Shown in pieces: positions 29,537-39,376 of a stretch of 64,000 bases of DNA. Every line of letters begins with the position of its first letter. The first letter of the stretch is position 1. The stretch is from NCBI GenBank assembly GCA_963815195.1, contig CAWFGE010000023.1:613908-677907 (forward strand), written 5' to 3'. The position numbers were made by a program, and so were the translations under genes. Source of the stretch: an uncultured Planctomycetaceae bacterium (lineage in GTDB: Bacteria; Planctomycetota; Planctomycetia; Planctomycetales; Planctomycetaceae). The notes below the pieces were generated by a model. It saw nothing but the letters and a program-made list of their open reading frames with translations, did not search any database and was not told the DNA's origin.

Positions 29537-31497
29537 GGACTCCGGAAACCGGCGGCGTTGAGCACCAGACCAAGTTCCCGCTGATCGCCCGGGGGGGAAA
29601 ACGTGCCCCCAGCCAGGATCTCGATGACCACGGAATCTCCCGCCGCCGCGATGACGCGATCCGAGACCAGTGTGTAGCTCCCGGGCTCCGGGTACTCACC
29701 GTGCGCTACCTCGACGCCGTCGGCCAGAATCGTTACCGTCCGGGCAGGGGATTGCTCCGGAATGTAGAAGTTGGCTTCGAGCGGCGCGGCTATGGCCGGT
29801 GGCTTCAGCAGCAGGACCCCCCGGCCGGCCATCCAGCGCCAGGCGCCGTTTTCCAGCTTGTAGACGCCGCTCACAATCTGGCTCTCAGCTTGCGGCGCAT
29901 TCATCGGCAGGTATGACAGCGCCGGCTTGCGCTCCAAGACGACCTCGGCCCGGACCTGGTCGATTGGCTCGCGGACAACATCGAACGGACGATACCCAAG
30001 TGTAACCGTGGAGTAGGCGGAGCGGGCATGGAGCCCGATGATCTGGAGCGGTATCGCGGATTCGATGTTCGCCGCCCGCAGTTCGGTGCGCACACCGCCG
30101 CCGGTCGTGAACTCGCTCGGGAACGATAGTTCGCTGGTGAGAACGGCGTCTCCGGCCTGTACCGGCTGGCTCTGTTCGAGGGCAAGGCCGCCGAGGGCTT
30201 CCGCATAGTAGCGAAGGCCCCACTCGCCATTGACCCAAACCCGGCGGCTGGGGAATTCGTCCGCAAGCTCGCGAACGAACTGGCGGTACCCGTCCCAATG
30301 CTGATAGTTGACGATGGCGAGTCCCAGGCCGATCAGCAACTGGAGCGCGAAGCCCACCGCCAGCCATGCCTTCGCGCGTGGCAATTGGCGGGTGACAAGG
30401 AGACAGACCGGCGCGGCGATGGGAAGCAGGTAGCGCGCCGATCCGGCGAAGAAGAGGATGAGTGCGGCCGCGAAGAAGAGGACGACCCATGCGGCGAGGA
30501 ACCACTGATCCGGGGAACGCCAGTCCGGCAGCCGTGTCAGGCACCAGAGTATGGCCGCCAGGCCGGCGCCGAAGGTGACCCAGAAAAGCGGATGGGGGTC
30601 GAGCCAGACGGCTCCGGCCAGCGCCGCCATCGTGACCGCCGCCCAGCCCCAGCGAGGCAGCCGCCAGAACGCGCGGATAGCGAGCAGCGGGAAAACGATC
30701 CAACCGGCATGAACGGTGAGGGCCACGGCGTTGTTGAGCTTGTTCGACATCCCTTGCAGTCCGTAGCTCTCGAAATGTCCGGCCAGCACGCTGGCGGGCA
30801 GAGCGCCGCCGGTGATCCGCTCAAATAGTTGCCAGAGTCCGATCACCGCGGCCGGTGTCGCGAGCGCGAGCCAGCCCATCTTCCATCCGCGGTCGTGGAT
30901 CCACAGATAGACTGCCAGGATCGGCATCAGCAGTACCGACTGATAGGCTCCGAGCGAAGCGGGAACCAGCGCGGCGGCCGCGGCCGCCAGTAGCAACGGA
31001 GACCGCCAGTCAACGGCAGCGATGAAGAAGGCCGCCGACGCCATCCAGAACGCCAGAAACGGAACGTCGGATTCGAGCGAATTGCCGTTCACCAGAAACG
31101 GCGGCACGGCGAGGAACAACAGGGTCGCCCAGACCGGGATTGGGGAGAAGCGCCGGGCCAGCCACAACATGGCCCACGCCGCGATCAACGAGAACAAAAT
31201 GTAAGCGGCGTGGAAACGTACCTCGTCGATATCGCCGAATAGAGCCAGCAGTCCGCCCAGGACCCACATATTCAGCGGCGGGTGAGGGTGGCCGCGCATG
31301 CTGACCTTCTTGCCCGTGAAGACATACTCACCGTGCGTCGGGTGCAGCGGATCGATCTGTGCGTGCATCGCCCCGCTGAGGTAGTAATAATCGTCGCCCT
31401 GAATGGCCTGGTTGAGGAACGGCAGACGCAGGGCCAGCACCAGGATAAGAACGATCAGGGCCTGGGCGCGCCACGAGGAAAGTATCCGCGTCTCCAA
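29533..31497 (-). CDS. ArnT/PMT-like (GT-C fold) integral membrane glycosyltransferase
   Basis: LRLPFL…GDDYYY…HPPL after the first TM, about a dozen TMs, ARYLLP, soluble C-terminal domain. Start approximate (TTG). Confidence 0.75.
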   Translation of the reverse strand: METRILSSWRAQALIVLILVLALRLPFLNQAIQGDDYYYLSGAMHAQIDPLHPTHGEYVFTGKKVSMRGHPHPPLNMWVLGGLLALFGDIDEVRFHAAYILFSLIAAWAMLWLARRFSPIPVWATLLFLAVPPFLVNGNSLESDVPFLAFWMASAAFFIAAVDWRSPLLLAAAAAALVPASLGAYQSVLLMPILAVYLWIHDRGWKMGWLALATPAAVIGLWQLFERITGGALPASVLAGHFESYGLQGMSNKLNNAVALTVHAGWIVFPLLAIRAFWRLPRWGWAAVTMAALAGAVWLDPHPLFWVTFGAGLAAILWCLTRLPDWRSPDQWFLAAWVVLFFAAALILFFAGSARYLLPIAAPVCLLVTRQLPRAKAWLAVGFALQLLIGLGLAIVNYQHWDGYRQFVRELADEFPSRRVWVNGEWGLRYYAEALGGLALEQSQPVQAGDAVLTSELSFPSEFTTGGGVRTELRAANIESAIPLQIIGLHARSAYSTVTLGYRPFDVVREPIDQVRAEVVLERKPALSYLPMNAPQAESQIVSGVYKLENGAWRWMAGRGVLLLKPPAIAAPLEANFYIPEQSPARTVTILADGVEVAHGEYPEPGSYTLVSDRVIAAAGDSVVIEILAGGTFSPPGDQRELGLVLNAAGFRSP

Positions 31498-31670
31498 GTC
31501 GTCGATTTTACACCGTGGAGCGGCCTGGAGGCGGCCATACCCGGTAGACCGGTTAGGGGTACTCCTTCGAAGTACCACAGGGGTTACGAGGTTTTCCCGA
31601 TGGTAATACGCGCCGTTTTCGCCGATAACTATTGTGAGTGGGCCGCCCGCCCGACATAAATACTCGAAAA

Positions 31671-32892
31671 ATGCCAGACCAACTACTGCAAATACTGCTC
31701 GTGGAAGACAATCCGGGCGATGCGCTCCTGGTACAGGAGATGCTGCTTGATGCGGACCCGGAGGGCTTCGAAGTGCACCGGGCCGAAACCCTGTTAGGGG
31801 CGCTGGACTCGATAGCGCAGCACGATGTCGACGTGATCGTGCTGGATCTGAATCTGCCGGACAGCATGGGGCTCGAGACGTTCACTTCGATGAAGACCCA
31901 TGCGCCCGGGACGCCGGTCGTACTTCTCACCGGCCACGACGACGACGGCCTCGCCTTGAAAGCGGTGGAGGCCGGTGCGCAGGATTACCTCGTGAAAGAC
32001 CGTCTGGAGGGGGAGGCCCTGGTGCGGTCGCTACGTTACGCGGTGGTGCGCCAGCATAGCCGACCGCCCTTGGGAGCGGACGAGGGTGGGGCGAAAGGAA
32101 TGCTCATCGGAGTTCTCGGGACGAAGGGCGGCGTCGGCACGACTACCGTAGCGTGTCACTTGGCTCGTCAGTTGGGTCAACCCGCGGGAAAAGCGGGTGC
32201 TGCTTGCCGATCTCGACCTCAATGGCGGGTCCGCGGGCTTCCTGATGCAGGCCAAGAGCCCGTACACCATTCTGGATGCGGCCGACAACGTGCACCGGCT
32301 GGATGGCGGCTTCTGGGAATCGGTGGTTAGCAAGAGCGGCGACGGCGTGGACGTCATCACTTCTCCGGCGCTGATGGGGCAGATCGAAGCTCCGGCCCCG
32401 GCGCGTTTCCGCCATCTGCTTCGCTCGGCTGCCCGCTCCTATGACTTCGTGGTCGTGGACCTCGGCCGGATGGATTCCTTATCGCGAACTCTGACGCCCG
32501 AGATGAACCGGCTGTTTGTTCTTACCACGTCGGACCTCTCGGCGGTTCACGCGACGGGCCGGGTTCTGGAGTCTCTGAGAGACCTCGGTTTGGCCGAAGG
32601 AGTGGTGACGCTCGTCCAGAACCAGGCGTCGCGTTGGTCGACGGGAACGAGCGTCCTGAAAGCGGTGGTAAGTCGCGAGATTGGGGCGGCGTTGCCGGCG
32701 TGCGAGAGCGAATTGGCTGACGCGATGGCGAAGGGAGCGCTTCTCGGCGAGGGGAGCGCCTTTGGGAAACAGATTGCCAAACTGGCGGAAGTCCTGTCCG
32801 CGGCTGGAGGCGCGCCCCGGCGGGAACCCGGCTTCTCGTTGAAGAGACTGGGGCTGTTCAGTGGGCGCGAGGCCCCGGCGGCGAATAGCTAG
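31671..32892 (+). CDS. Receiver + CpaE/MinD-like ATPase, paralog 1 (frameshift near 32185)
   Basis: ILLVEDNPGD…LDLNLPD…DYLVK; deviant Walker A KGGVGTTT; VLLADLD; YDFVVVDL. Confidence 0.85.
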
Positions 32893-32911
32893 AGGAGGAG
32901 TTGTGCGTTCC

Positions 32912-34093
32912 ATGGACAGAGTGAATGTACTGCTCATCGAGGACGACGCCGAAGAGGTTGCTCTTCTGCGGGAGGCGCTTGACAAGGAATCGGCTCCCCC
33001 GTTTTCGGTTCATTGGTCGGGTCTCCTGGAGATGGGGTTGGAACGGCTTGCCCGCGCCCGCTACGAAATCGTATTGCTGGACCTGTCGCTGCCGGACTCG
33101 TTTGGCCTGGAAGCCTTTGCGAGATTGCTGAGGGTGGCGCCGAATATTCCGGTGATCGTCCTGGGCGGCGCCGGCGAGGAGTCTCTTCTCTTGCGGGCGG
33201 TCCGCGCCGGGGCCGAGGACTACATCGTGAAAGGCGCTAAGGGCGCGGAGGGGCTGGCACGCGCGGTACGATGTGCGCTCGAGCGCCGGGTTCGCCGCGT
33301 GGCCGGGTCGCAACGCATAGTCCGCGGTCGCCGCCGGAAAGCACGGACAATTGGCTTCATCGGGGGCAAGGGCGGCGTCGGAACCACCACGGTGGCGCTC
33401 AACGTCGGGGCGGCGCTCGCGGCCGGCAAGCGCAAGACGGTGGTTGCTGAAATCCGGGGCTACCATGGGACGGTGGCTCAAAACCTCAAGCGCGTCTCCG
33501 TGCACGGAAATCTCTCGGCTCTCTTGGGACTGACGCCAGAGGCGATCAATGAAGTCGAAATCAACGCCCGCCTGGCTCGGTATTCGTCGGAACTGAGTCT
33601 GCTCTGCGGCCCGCAACGCGCTTCGGAAACGAGGCCATGTACAGCCTCGCATGTCCGGTCCGTCATCGAAGGGCTCAAGGGCATGGCGGAGTTCCTCGTG
33701 TTGGACCTCCCTCCCGAACCATGCGAAGCCATCCGCGAGGCAGCCCGCCAGGCGGATTTCATCGGCCTCGTGGTGGACAGGGAAGAGACCTGCGTGGCCT
33801 CTGCCCGTTTGATGGCGGACCATCTTCGGTCGTGGAAAACCGAAGCTCTCATAGGGCTCGTTGTCGTTCATCGCTCCCCTTTGGCTTGTCCGGTGGAACT
33901 GGAGGTCCTGGAGCGAGAACTGCAACTCGAAACGATGGAATTGATCCCGCCGGCCGCTGACTCATGCGTCATGGCCGCCAGCGCCGGCGTGCCGCTGGTC
34001 GAAGCCTACGGGGAAACACTCGTCAGCGCGAGTCTACAGGAACTCGCCGCCAAGCTATCCTCGGATCCGATCGTGGTTCGCAGGAGCGCCTAA
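32912..34093 (+). CDS. Receiver + CpaE/MinD-like ATPase, paralog 2
   Basis: GAGGAG SD; VLLIEDD…LDLSLPD…DYIVK; GKGGVGTTT; FLVLDLP. Confidence 0.85.
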   Translation: MDRVNVLLIEDDAEEVALLREALDKESAPPFSVHWSGLLEMGLERLARARYEIVLLDLSLPDSFGLEAFARLLRVAPNIPVIVLGGAGEESLLLRAVRAGAEDYIVKGAKGAEGLARAVRCALERRVRRVAGSQRIVRGRRRKARTIGFIGGKGGVGTTTVALNVGAALAAGKRKTVVAEIRGYHGTVAQNLKRVSVHGNLSALLGLTPEAINEVEINARLARYSSELSLLCGPQRASETRPCTASHVRSVIEGLKGMAEFLVLDLPPEPCEAIREAARQADFIGLVVDREETCVASARLMADHLRSWKTEALIGLVVVHRSPLACPVELEVLERELQLETMELIPPAADSCVMAASAGVPLVEAYGETLVSASLQELAAKLSSDPIVVRRSA

Positions 34094-34530
34094 AGACCGG
34101 GATTCCATCGTCCTGCTCGTTGGACGGTCATTCGTGGGCGGTTTTCGAGCGTCTGTTCCCCATTCATAGTGGGGAGCGAATAGCCATTGAGCGAGACGGT
34201 CACGGTATTTGGCGCCCCGGCGGCGTCGCGCGTCCACGTCACCGACACGTTCTCCGGTTTTAGGCCGGGTGCGACAGAGCCGGCGCCCGCGGCGGGTTCG
34301 GCCATGCCGTAGGCCACCACATTTTGCACCTTTCGAACAAACCGGTAGGAAGGTTCGTCGAATTCCGCCATGGCTGCGTAGCGCGCTCCGCTTCTCACGG
34401 CGCTGCTGAGTTGGTTGAGAACCAGCATCGAAATACTCAACTGGACCATTCCAACGAATAGCACCGCGAGCACCGAGAAACCGAGCGCAAATTCAATCAG
34501 GCCGCTGCCCCGGCGGGATGGTCTGGTCAT
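34090..34530 (-). CDS. TadE/TadG-family pseudopilin
   Basis: RRG|SGLIEFAL prepilin-like motif, TM segment, AVRSGARYA. Confidence 0.85.
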   Translation of the reverse strand: MTRPSRRGSGLIEFALGFSVLAVLFVGMVQLSISMLVLNQLSSAVRSGARYAAMAEFDEPSYRFVRKVQNVVAYGMAEPAAGAGSVAPGLKPENVSVTWTRDAAGAPNTVTVSLNGYSLPTMNGEQTLENRPRMTVQRAGRWNPGL

Positions 34531-35408
34531 TCGGAGAGCCTCACTTCGTACAGTCCGGACGGCCCGGCCCCGTTCCGGCTGGCATTGAGCACCGGGGACG
34601 AGCCTACGTAGATTCCGGTGCATTCGCCGGTGACGGAGGCGTCCGCTGGTACAAGCAGGGTGGCATACCCGAGGGAACCGGCTGCGGAATTTTGACTCTT
34701 GACTTCGGCCGTCAGTATCCTTTGCCCATTGCCTTGCCGGATGTAGCGGGAATAGTCATCCGCGGCGGCGTCGGTGTCGTGACGCAAAAGAACTGCCAGG
34801 GCCGCTCCGCACTTACCGGCGGACTCCGCCTGGATCGGGACGGGCTGTCCCGGCGCAAAGCCGAACCCGGCCGCGGTGGCTTCCGGGGCGACGATCGAAT
34901 ACCTCAGCACGGTCCGGCGCCCCGGCCCGAGACGAACCTGCCCGGCGATAGAGTGCACGACGACACGTTGGGCCGCGGGCGCGGTGGGTACTATTGGCAG
35001 GAAGAAGAGTTTCGCCTTGGCAGCAACGGCAACCTCAACGAAACGCTGCCCCGAAGCTTGCGCCGGTGACACCTGCCAAGCCGCTTCCGGATCCGTCCGG
35101 AATCGAAAGCGGAGGTCGTTCACCTCGTCGGTGCTTACCGAAAACCATTCGCAGTGCCGCCGGCGCGCTCCGGCGCTTCGGGCCCGCTCCAACCCCTCGG
35201 CTGTGCCGTCGAGTTCTCGGGCGGCATTGAGCGCGACTTCATCGGCCATCGCCTGTAACTCGCCTTGTACCAGATAGATATGGCTAAAATCTATACCAGC
35301 GCCTAAGGTCAGTACGGTGACTCCCATGGCCACCAGAGTCAGCAGAAGGCCGAAACCGGACTGACTCCGTCGCGGACCAATACTCGCTGTGCATGGGATG
35401 CGCGCCAT
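34527..35408 (-). CDS. TadG-like pilus assembly protein (Tad N-terminal domain)
   Basis: RRSQSG|FGLL…GAGIDFS…ELQAMADEVALNAA; 4-bp overlap with the tadE-like gene. Confidence 0.78.
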   Translation of the reverse strand: MARIPCTASIGPRRSQSGFGLLLTLVAMGVTVLTLGAGIDFSHIYLVQGELQAMADEVALNAARELDGTAEGLERARSAGARRRHCEWFSVSTDEVNDLRFRFRTDPEAAWQVSPAQASGQRFVEVAVAAKAKLFFLPIVPTAPAAQRVVVHSIAGQVRLGPGRRTVLRYSIVAPEATAAGFGFAPGQPVPIQAESAGKCGAALAVLLRHDTDAAADDYSRYIRQGNGQRILTAEVKSQNSAAGSLGYATLLVPADASVTGECTGIYVGSSPVLNASRNGAGPSGLYEVRLSE

Positions 35409-35484
35409 CTCGACCTGTCTCCAAAGAGATCGTCGGACAGGCGTCAACTCTTTAGGTGATCGGAGGACTGATATGGAAGGTGAG

Positions 35485-35561
35485 TGGTACGCCCGGCAAG
35501 ATTCGAACTTGCGACCTCTTGCTCCGGAGGCAAGCGCTCTATCCAACTGAGCTACGGGCGC
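35485..35561 (-). tRNA. tRNA-Arg (anticodon CCG)
   Basis: GCGCCCGTAGCTCAGTTGGATAGAGCGCTTGCCTCCGGAGCAAGAGGTCGCAAGTTCGAATCTTGCCGGGCGTACCA: 77 nt, canonical cloverleaf, encoded CCA. Confidence 0.98.
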
Positions 35562-35639
35562 TCTCAACGTGAGTTTAGCACATCGGCCGCGGCGCCTTTG
35601 CGAAACTGCTCCGCGCGATCATGCTGAGATTCCGCCGGC

Positions 35640-35972
35640 TCACGGCACGTCGGCGCCGGTCACGTCATAGCCTCTCCACGCGGCGCTCGTGGCGATGTCT
35701 TCGGCGGCTGCCCAGGCGTCGACGTGTTCCTGGCTGGCCACCCATTTCACACGGTTCTCCTCGGTGTCGAACATCAACTCCATCTGATAGTTGAATTCGG
35801 ACGGGGCGGCCTGTATGGCTCGCGAGACCGCCGGGGCGTAGATGCGCAGCAGCTTCGAGCCGAGGTAGCCTTGCTGCTTACGCATCGCTGGGACGTAGAC
35901 GTCTTCGTACATCTTTTCAAAATCGGCGTTTCTCTCTGGCGCAATCTCAAAATAGATCTGTAGCAGGATCAT
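35640..35972 (-). CDS. ABM/EthD-like dimeric alpha-beta barrel protein
   Basis: AAGGA SD; FEKMYEDVYVPAMRKQQGY…FDTEENRVKWVASQEH. Confidence 0.65.
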   Translation of the reverse strand: MILLQIYFEIAPERNADFEKMYEDVYVPAMRKQQGYLGSKLLRIYAPAVSRAIQAAPSEFNYQMELMFDTEENRVKWVASQEHVDAWAAAEDIATSAAWRGYDVTGADVP

Positions 35973-36001
35973 GGCGTCTTCCTTGTCATCGTGCTCGCAG
36001 G

Positions 36002-36877
36002 CTAATTCTCGTGGAGCAGCCAGCGCGCGGCGTTCTTTTGCATCTTTTCGTACTCCGGGTTCCAAAGGGCGCTGATCATGTGGCCGGGCGCCATGAAGCA
36101 GACCCTTCCCTTGCCGTAGTCATAAGCCCAGACCGACTCACAGGAATTGCTGACCCGGCCGGCGCTGTCCTTGAAGTCGAGGCCGTCTTCGTTCACGCTT
36201 CTGGCCAGCACGTACTTCGGATCCTTGTCGTAGGTGACGTAGTGCTGCTCGTCGGTGACGATGAAGTCGTTTACACCTTTCGTGATCGGATGGTCGTGAT
36301 TGACGATCTTGACTTTGAACGGACGGATGGGCGGGTGCCCGGTGTAAATGGCGCCTTCGACATCCCGGTAATCCTTGTTGGTTAGCGACACATGGCTGTT
36401 GTTGTGCCAAGCCCACAGTGAGCCACCCTCTTCGACCCAGCGCTTCACGCCGCCACCCTGTTCCGCCGTCATCCAGTGCGCCGCCTCTCCTCCGATCTTC
36501 TTCTTAATGGGCGGGTCGCTGACGACGTCCTCCGGCTTTGGCTGCCAGTACATGGCGTACCAATAGCCGTTCGGAAAATACATGCCATCCCGGAACATGA
36601 TCAGGATCTTGTAATGCCGCAGGTTTTCGTAAGAGAGCATTTGCACTTCGTCGGTGAAATCGATCGGGAGGCCGGCCTCCTTGACGAGCGTGCTGGTAAG
36701 CCCGGAACGTATGTAGTCGGAGTTGTGCGACTCGTCGCCGATGAGGGCGAACGCAGTGGCCTTGGTCCCGGAGATGGTGTGAATGGCGCTGGCCTTGCGG
36801 GCTCCCACGCCGAGCGCGCCTCCAATCCCTGCCGCCGCCCGAACGGCGGATCGTCTGGTCACCAGTTCATGTTTCAT
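36002..36877 (-). CDS. Tat-exported ThuA-like domain protein
   Basis: TRRSAV Tat-like signal; GDESH, VEEGGSL..WH, HPITKGV.DF…DEQH, YGKGRVCF.APGH. Confidence 0.85.
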   Translation of the reverse strand: MKHELVTRRSAVRAAAGIGGALGVGARKASAIHTISGTKATAFALIGDESHNSDYIRSGLTSTLVKEAGLPIDFTDEVQMLSYENLRHYKILIMFRDGMYFPNGYWYAMYWQPKPEDVVSDPPIKKKIGGEAAHWMTAEQGGGVKRWVEEGGSLWAWHNNSHVSLTNKDYRDVEGAIYTGHPPIRPFKVKIVNHDHPITKGVNDFIVTDEQHYVTYDKDPKYVLARSVNEDGLDFKDSAGRVSNSCESVWAYDYGKGRVCFMAPGHMISALWNPEYEKMQKNAARWLLHEN

Positions 36878-36880
36878 GTC

Positions 36881-38092
36881 TCAATTCCTGTCTCCGCTAT
36901 CTACTTTAATCCGATGTTTTGAATTCCGCTCGGTAACCACGATCTGCCCCGCTTCGAGTTGTACGTCTTCCACCCCCGCGAAACCGGGTGGAATCCGGGT
37001 CAGGAAGATCGTGTAGGTGGTTTTCAAGCGCTCGCGCCCTTTGATCCAGCCGTAAGTTGGCGCGCCGAACAGGGCGCCTCGCTCGACGCTTCCCCGGATT
37101 CCCTCGTCGAGCGGCGACGTTCCGAATTCAATGCCCCGGGCGATCATCTTCCCGAGCCGCGGGGTATTCGGGGCGCTTTGGTTTTCCTGCCAATCGCAGA
37201 TCCACGGATTGCCGGCCGTGGGAAAGATGTATCCGATGAGCAGCGGGTAGCCGGAGTTGTATATCGTGAAATAGCCGGTGTCGCGCGATGGGTCAAGCAG
37301 AATAGCTCGGAACACGCTGGTCTTCGCATCCCTCTGGTAAGGCCTCAGGTCCAGCGAACCGCCCTCCGGCGTCGTCCCCTCCGGCCAATGGATATCGGTT
37401 GTCCGGCCGCGGGTGCTGGTTCCCTGAGTGCCTGGCAGATCGAGGAAGTTCATGCCGTTGGCGACGAAGGGAGCACCGAAGGTCACATGCTGGTTCCGGT
37501 TGAAGGGCCGGTCATAGGCGGCGAGGTTCTCAATCCACTCTTCGACGCGCGCCACGGATGCGCCAGCGGGAAGATGTATGCTGCGCTCGACTCGATATTG
37601 AGAGAGCGGCAGTTCCGCCGAGTAGAACAGCGTGACTCCGCCCGAATCGATTTGAGGCGGCTTCGGCTGTGTCCATTCAACAGCCAAAGCCTCCCCATGA
37701 AAGCCCAGTCCATTGCGAACTTCCTCTTCCGAGGAAGTGGGGCCGAACGAAGGAAAGCACAGCAGGTGCCCCATGTAACCCGCGTCGAGATACCGGTTCG
37801 CCCCGCTGCCGTAGAACGCTCCGTGCTTCGCCTGGTTGTACTCGTAGGGTTCGATCGTCGGGTACACAGGCACGTAAAGGGGATTGATGTCCGCCTTCGG
37901 ATCGTCAGCCAGTAGACGAATTTCCGCGATATGGCCGCCGCCGCGGAGAGCGCTCACACGAATTTTTCCGTTCTCAAGAACGTACGCCTGCCGTCCGTAC
38001 AGGTCTTCGGACCGAAAGGACGACGGCTGGGCTGGCAGCAAGGAAGCCGCGAGGATTAACACGGCGAGGGCTCCTGGAAATGTACCACTCAT
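36881..38092 (-). CDS. Secreted hypothetical protein, possibly galactose-mutarotase-like beta-sandwich
   Basis: Signal peptide; GGHIAEI, GHLLC, HGEA, QHVTFGAPF, RGIEFG. The fold call is an inference. Confidence 0.6.
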   Translation of the reverse strand: MSGTFPGALAVLILAASLLPAQPSSFRSEDLYGRQAYVLENGKIRVSALRGGGHIAEIRLLADDPKADINPLYVPVYPTIEPYEYNQAKHGAFYGSGANRYLDAGYMGHLLCFPSFGPTSSEEEVRNGLGFHGEALAVEWTQPKPPQIDSGGVTLFYSAELPLSQYRVERSIHLPAGASVARVEEWIENLAAYDRPFNRNQHVTFGAPFVANGMNFLDLPGTQGTSTRGRTTDIHWPEGTTPEGGSLDLRPYQRDAKTSVFRAILLDPSRDTGYFTIYNSGYPLLIGYIFPTAGNPWICDWQENQSAPNTPRLGKMIARGIEFGTSPLDEGIRGSVERGALFGAPTYGWIKGRERLKTTYTIFLTRIPPGFAGVEDVQLEAGQIVVTERNSKHRIKVDSGDRN

Positions 38093-38146
38093 GTTTGCTC
38101 TGTTGACTCTATCGCGGTGAGACGGACGAATCAATCGAGCGCCCGA

Positions 38147-39376
38147 CTAGCCTTCAAATTCTATCTCGAGGGCGGCGCCATCCGGTAGGCCTTGAGTGGT
38201 CAGGAGTGTGCAGCCACGCACGTTGGCAAGCTCGTCCAAAGTTGGATTGTGCGGGATGCCGCTGTAGGTATCGGGGAAGGTGGAAACGGCCACCCGGCGT
38301 TCGCGGCCACCGGGAACGGGGAGCGGCAGAATCTCGTCCAGCAGTTCGGCATCGGGTGTTCCGTTGTGGCTGCCGTGGTGGCTCACCTTGAGAAAGTGGA
38401 CGGGTGAGAGCGCCCCGGTTTTGTTCATCTGCTTCCAACTGCGAACCTCGGCGTCGCCGGGGAATAGAAGCTTCCAACCGCGCCACTTGAGGCAGAAGAC
38501 GATGCTCGAGTTGTTGGCGGCTTTATCGATTGCAAGGAGATTGTCGACATAGCCGGACCGCCGCAGTGCCACCAGATTGTAGAAGGCGCCGGCGTCCACA
38601 CCCGCGGGCGGCGTAACTTCGACCCCGTCCCGCCCCGGAGCGAGACCGGGCGCGTCGCCGAAGGCCATCGGCCGGAACTGCCCGTAGTATTCGCTTGCAT
38701 CCTCTTCAGGCGCCCATATCTCAAACTCCGCCTCTCGAAACGGATGCGTGCCAGCGAGGTCGAAGGTGTCTGTCCCCTTCGAGCGGTGGACGTAGTGGGT
38801 GTGGCCGGCGCTGGCCAAGTGGCGGATGTATTCGACGCAATCCGCGGTCCGCGAGGGGCTGAGGTCTCCGGCGGCGGACTTAGCCAGGAATCGGTTGTTG
38901 TTGCGGAGCAGCACCTCGATTGCCTCTGGGACCGGCTCTTGCGAGGCGTTAAGCGATTTCTGTGTTAGGAAGAAGGCATCGATCGCCTCGCCTAGTTTTT
39001 TCTTCGCTTCGGGGTGGGTGTCATAGTAATCCGGATCGGACGACGCTGGCAACCACACGTGCCGCGGACTAAGCTTGGCCGCCAGATCGACGCCCGCGAA
39101 GCGATTCTCCGCGGCCCACAGCAGACCCTGCACATGGTCCATGTGCTCGTGGGTGGCGATATAGAGGTCGAGGGGTTGGCCGTCCAGAATGCGCAGGATA
39201 TCCTCAAAGACCGGTGTGAAGACTTCGTCCTCGCCGCCCTCCTTCGAGGCCGCGTTGCCGACGTCGATCAAAATGTGGCGCATCCGCGGGACGCCCGCTT
39301 CGTCCTGGTCCGGTACGGAGACCAGCACGCCGTCGCCGAAGCGCACGTTGTAAAGCCGCACGGTCAGCTTGTTCAT
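38147..39376 (-). CDS. ComEC/Rec2-like MBL-fold metallo-hydrolase, cytoplasmic
   Basis: YNVRFGDG, ILIDVG, THEHMDH, NNSSIVF, LLFPGDA, LKVSHHGSHN; no signal peptide or TM. Confidence 0.9.
   Translation of the reverse strand: MNKLTVRLYNVRFGDGVLVSVPDQDEAGVPRMRHILIDVGNAASKEGGEDEVFTPVFEDILRILDGQPLDLYIATHEHMDHVQGLLWAAENRFAGVDLAAKLSPRHVWLPASSDPDYYDTHPEAKKKLGEAIDAFFLTQKSLNASQEPVPEAIEVLLRNNNRFLAKSAAGDLSPSRTADCVEYIRHLASAGHTHYVHRSKGTDTFDLAGTHPFREAEFEIWAPEEDASEYYGQFRPMAFGDAPGLAPGRDGVEVTPPAGVDAGAFYNLVALRRSGYVDNLLAIDKAANNSSIVFCLKWRGWKLLFPGDAEVRSWKQMNKTGALSPVHFLKVSHHGSHNGTPDAELLDEILPLPVPGGRERRVAVSTFPDTYSGIPHNPTLDELANVRGCTLLTTQGLPDGAALEIEFEG

Noticed and set aside
35409..35567. N-terminal extension of the TadG-like ORF (MRAPVAQLDRALAS…)
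   Set aside because: It is a translation of the tRNA-Arg gene; the plausible start is 35408.
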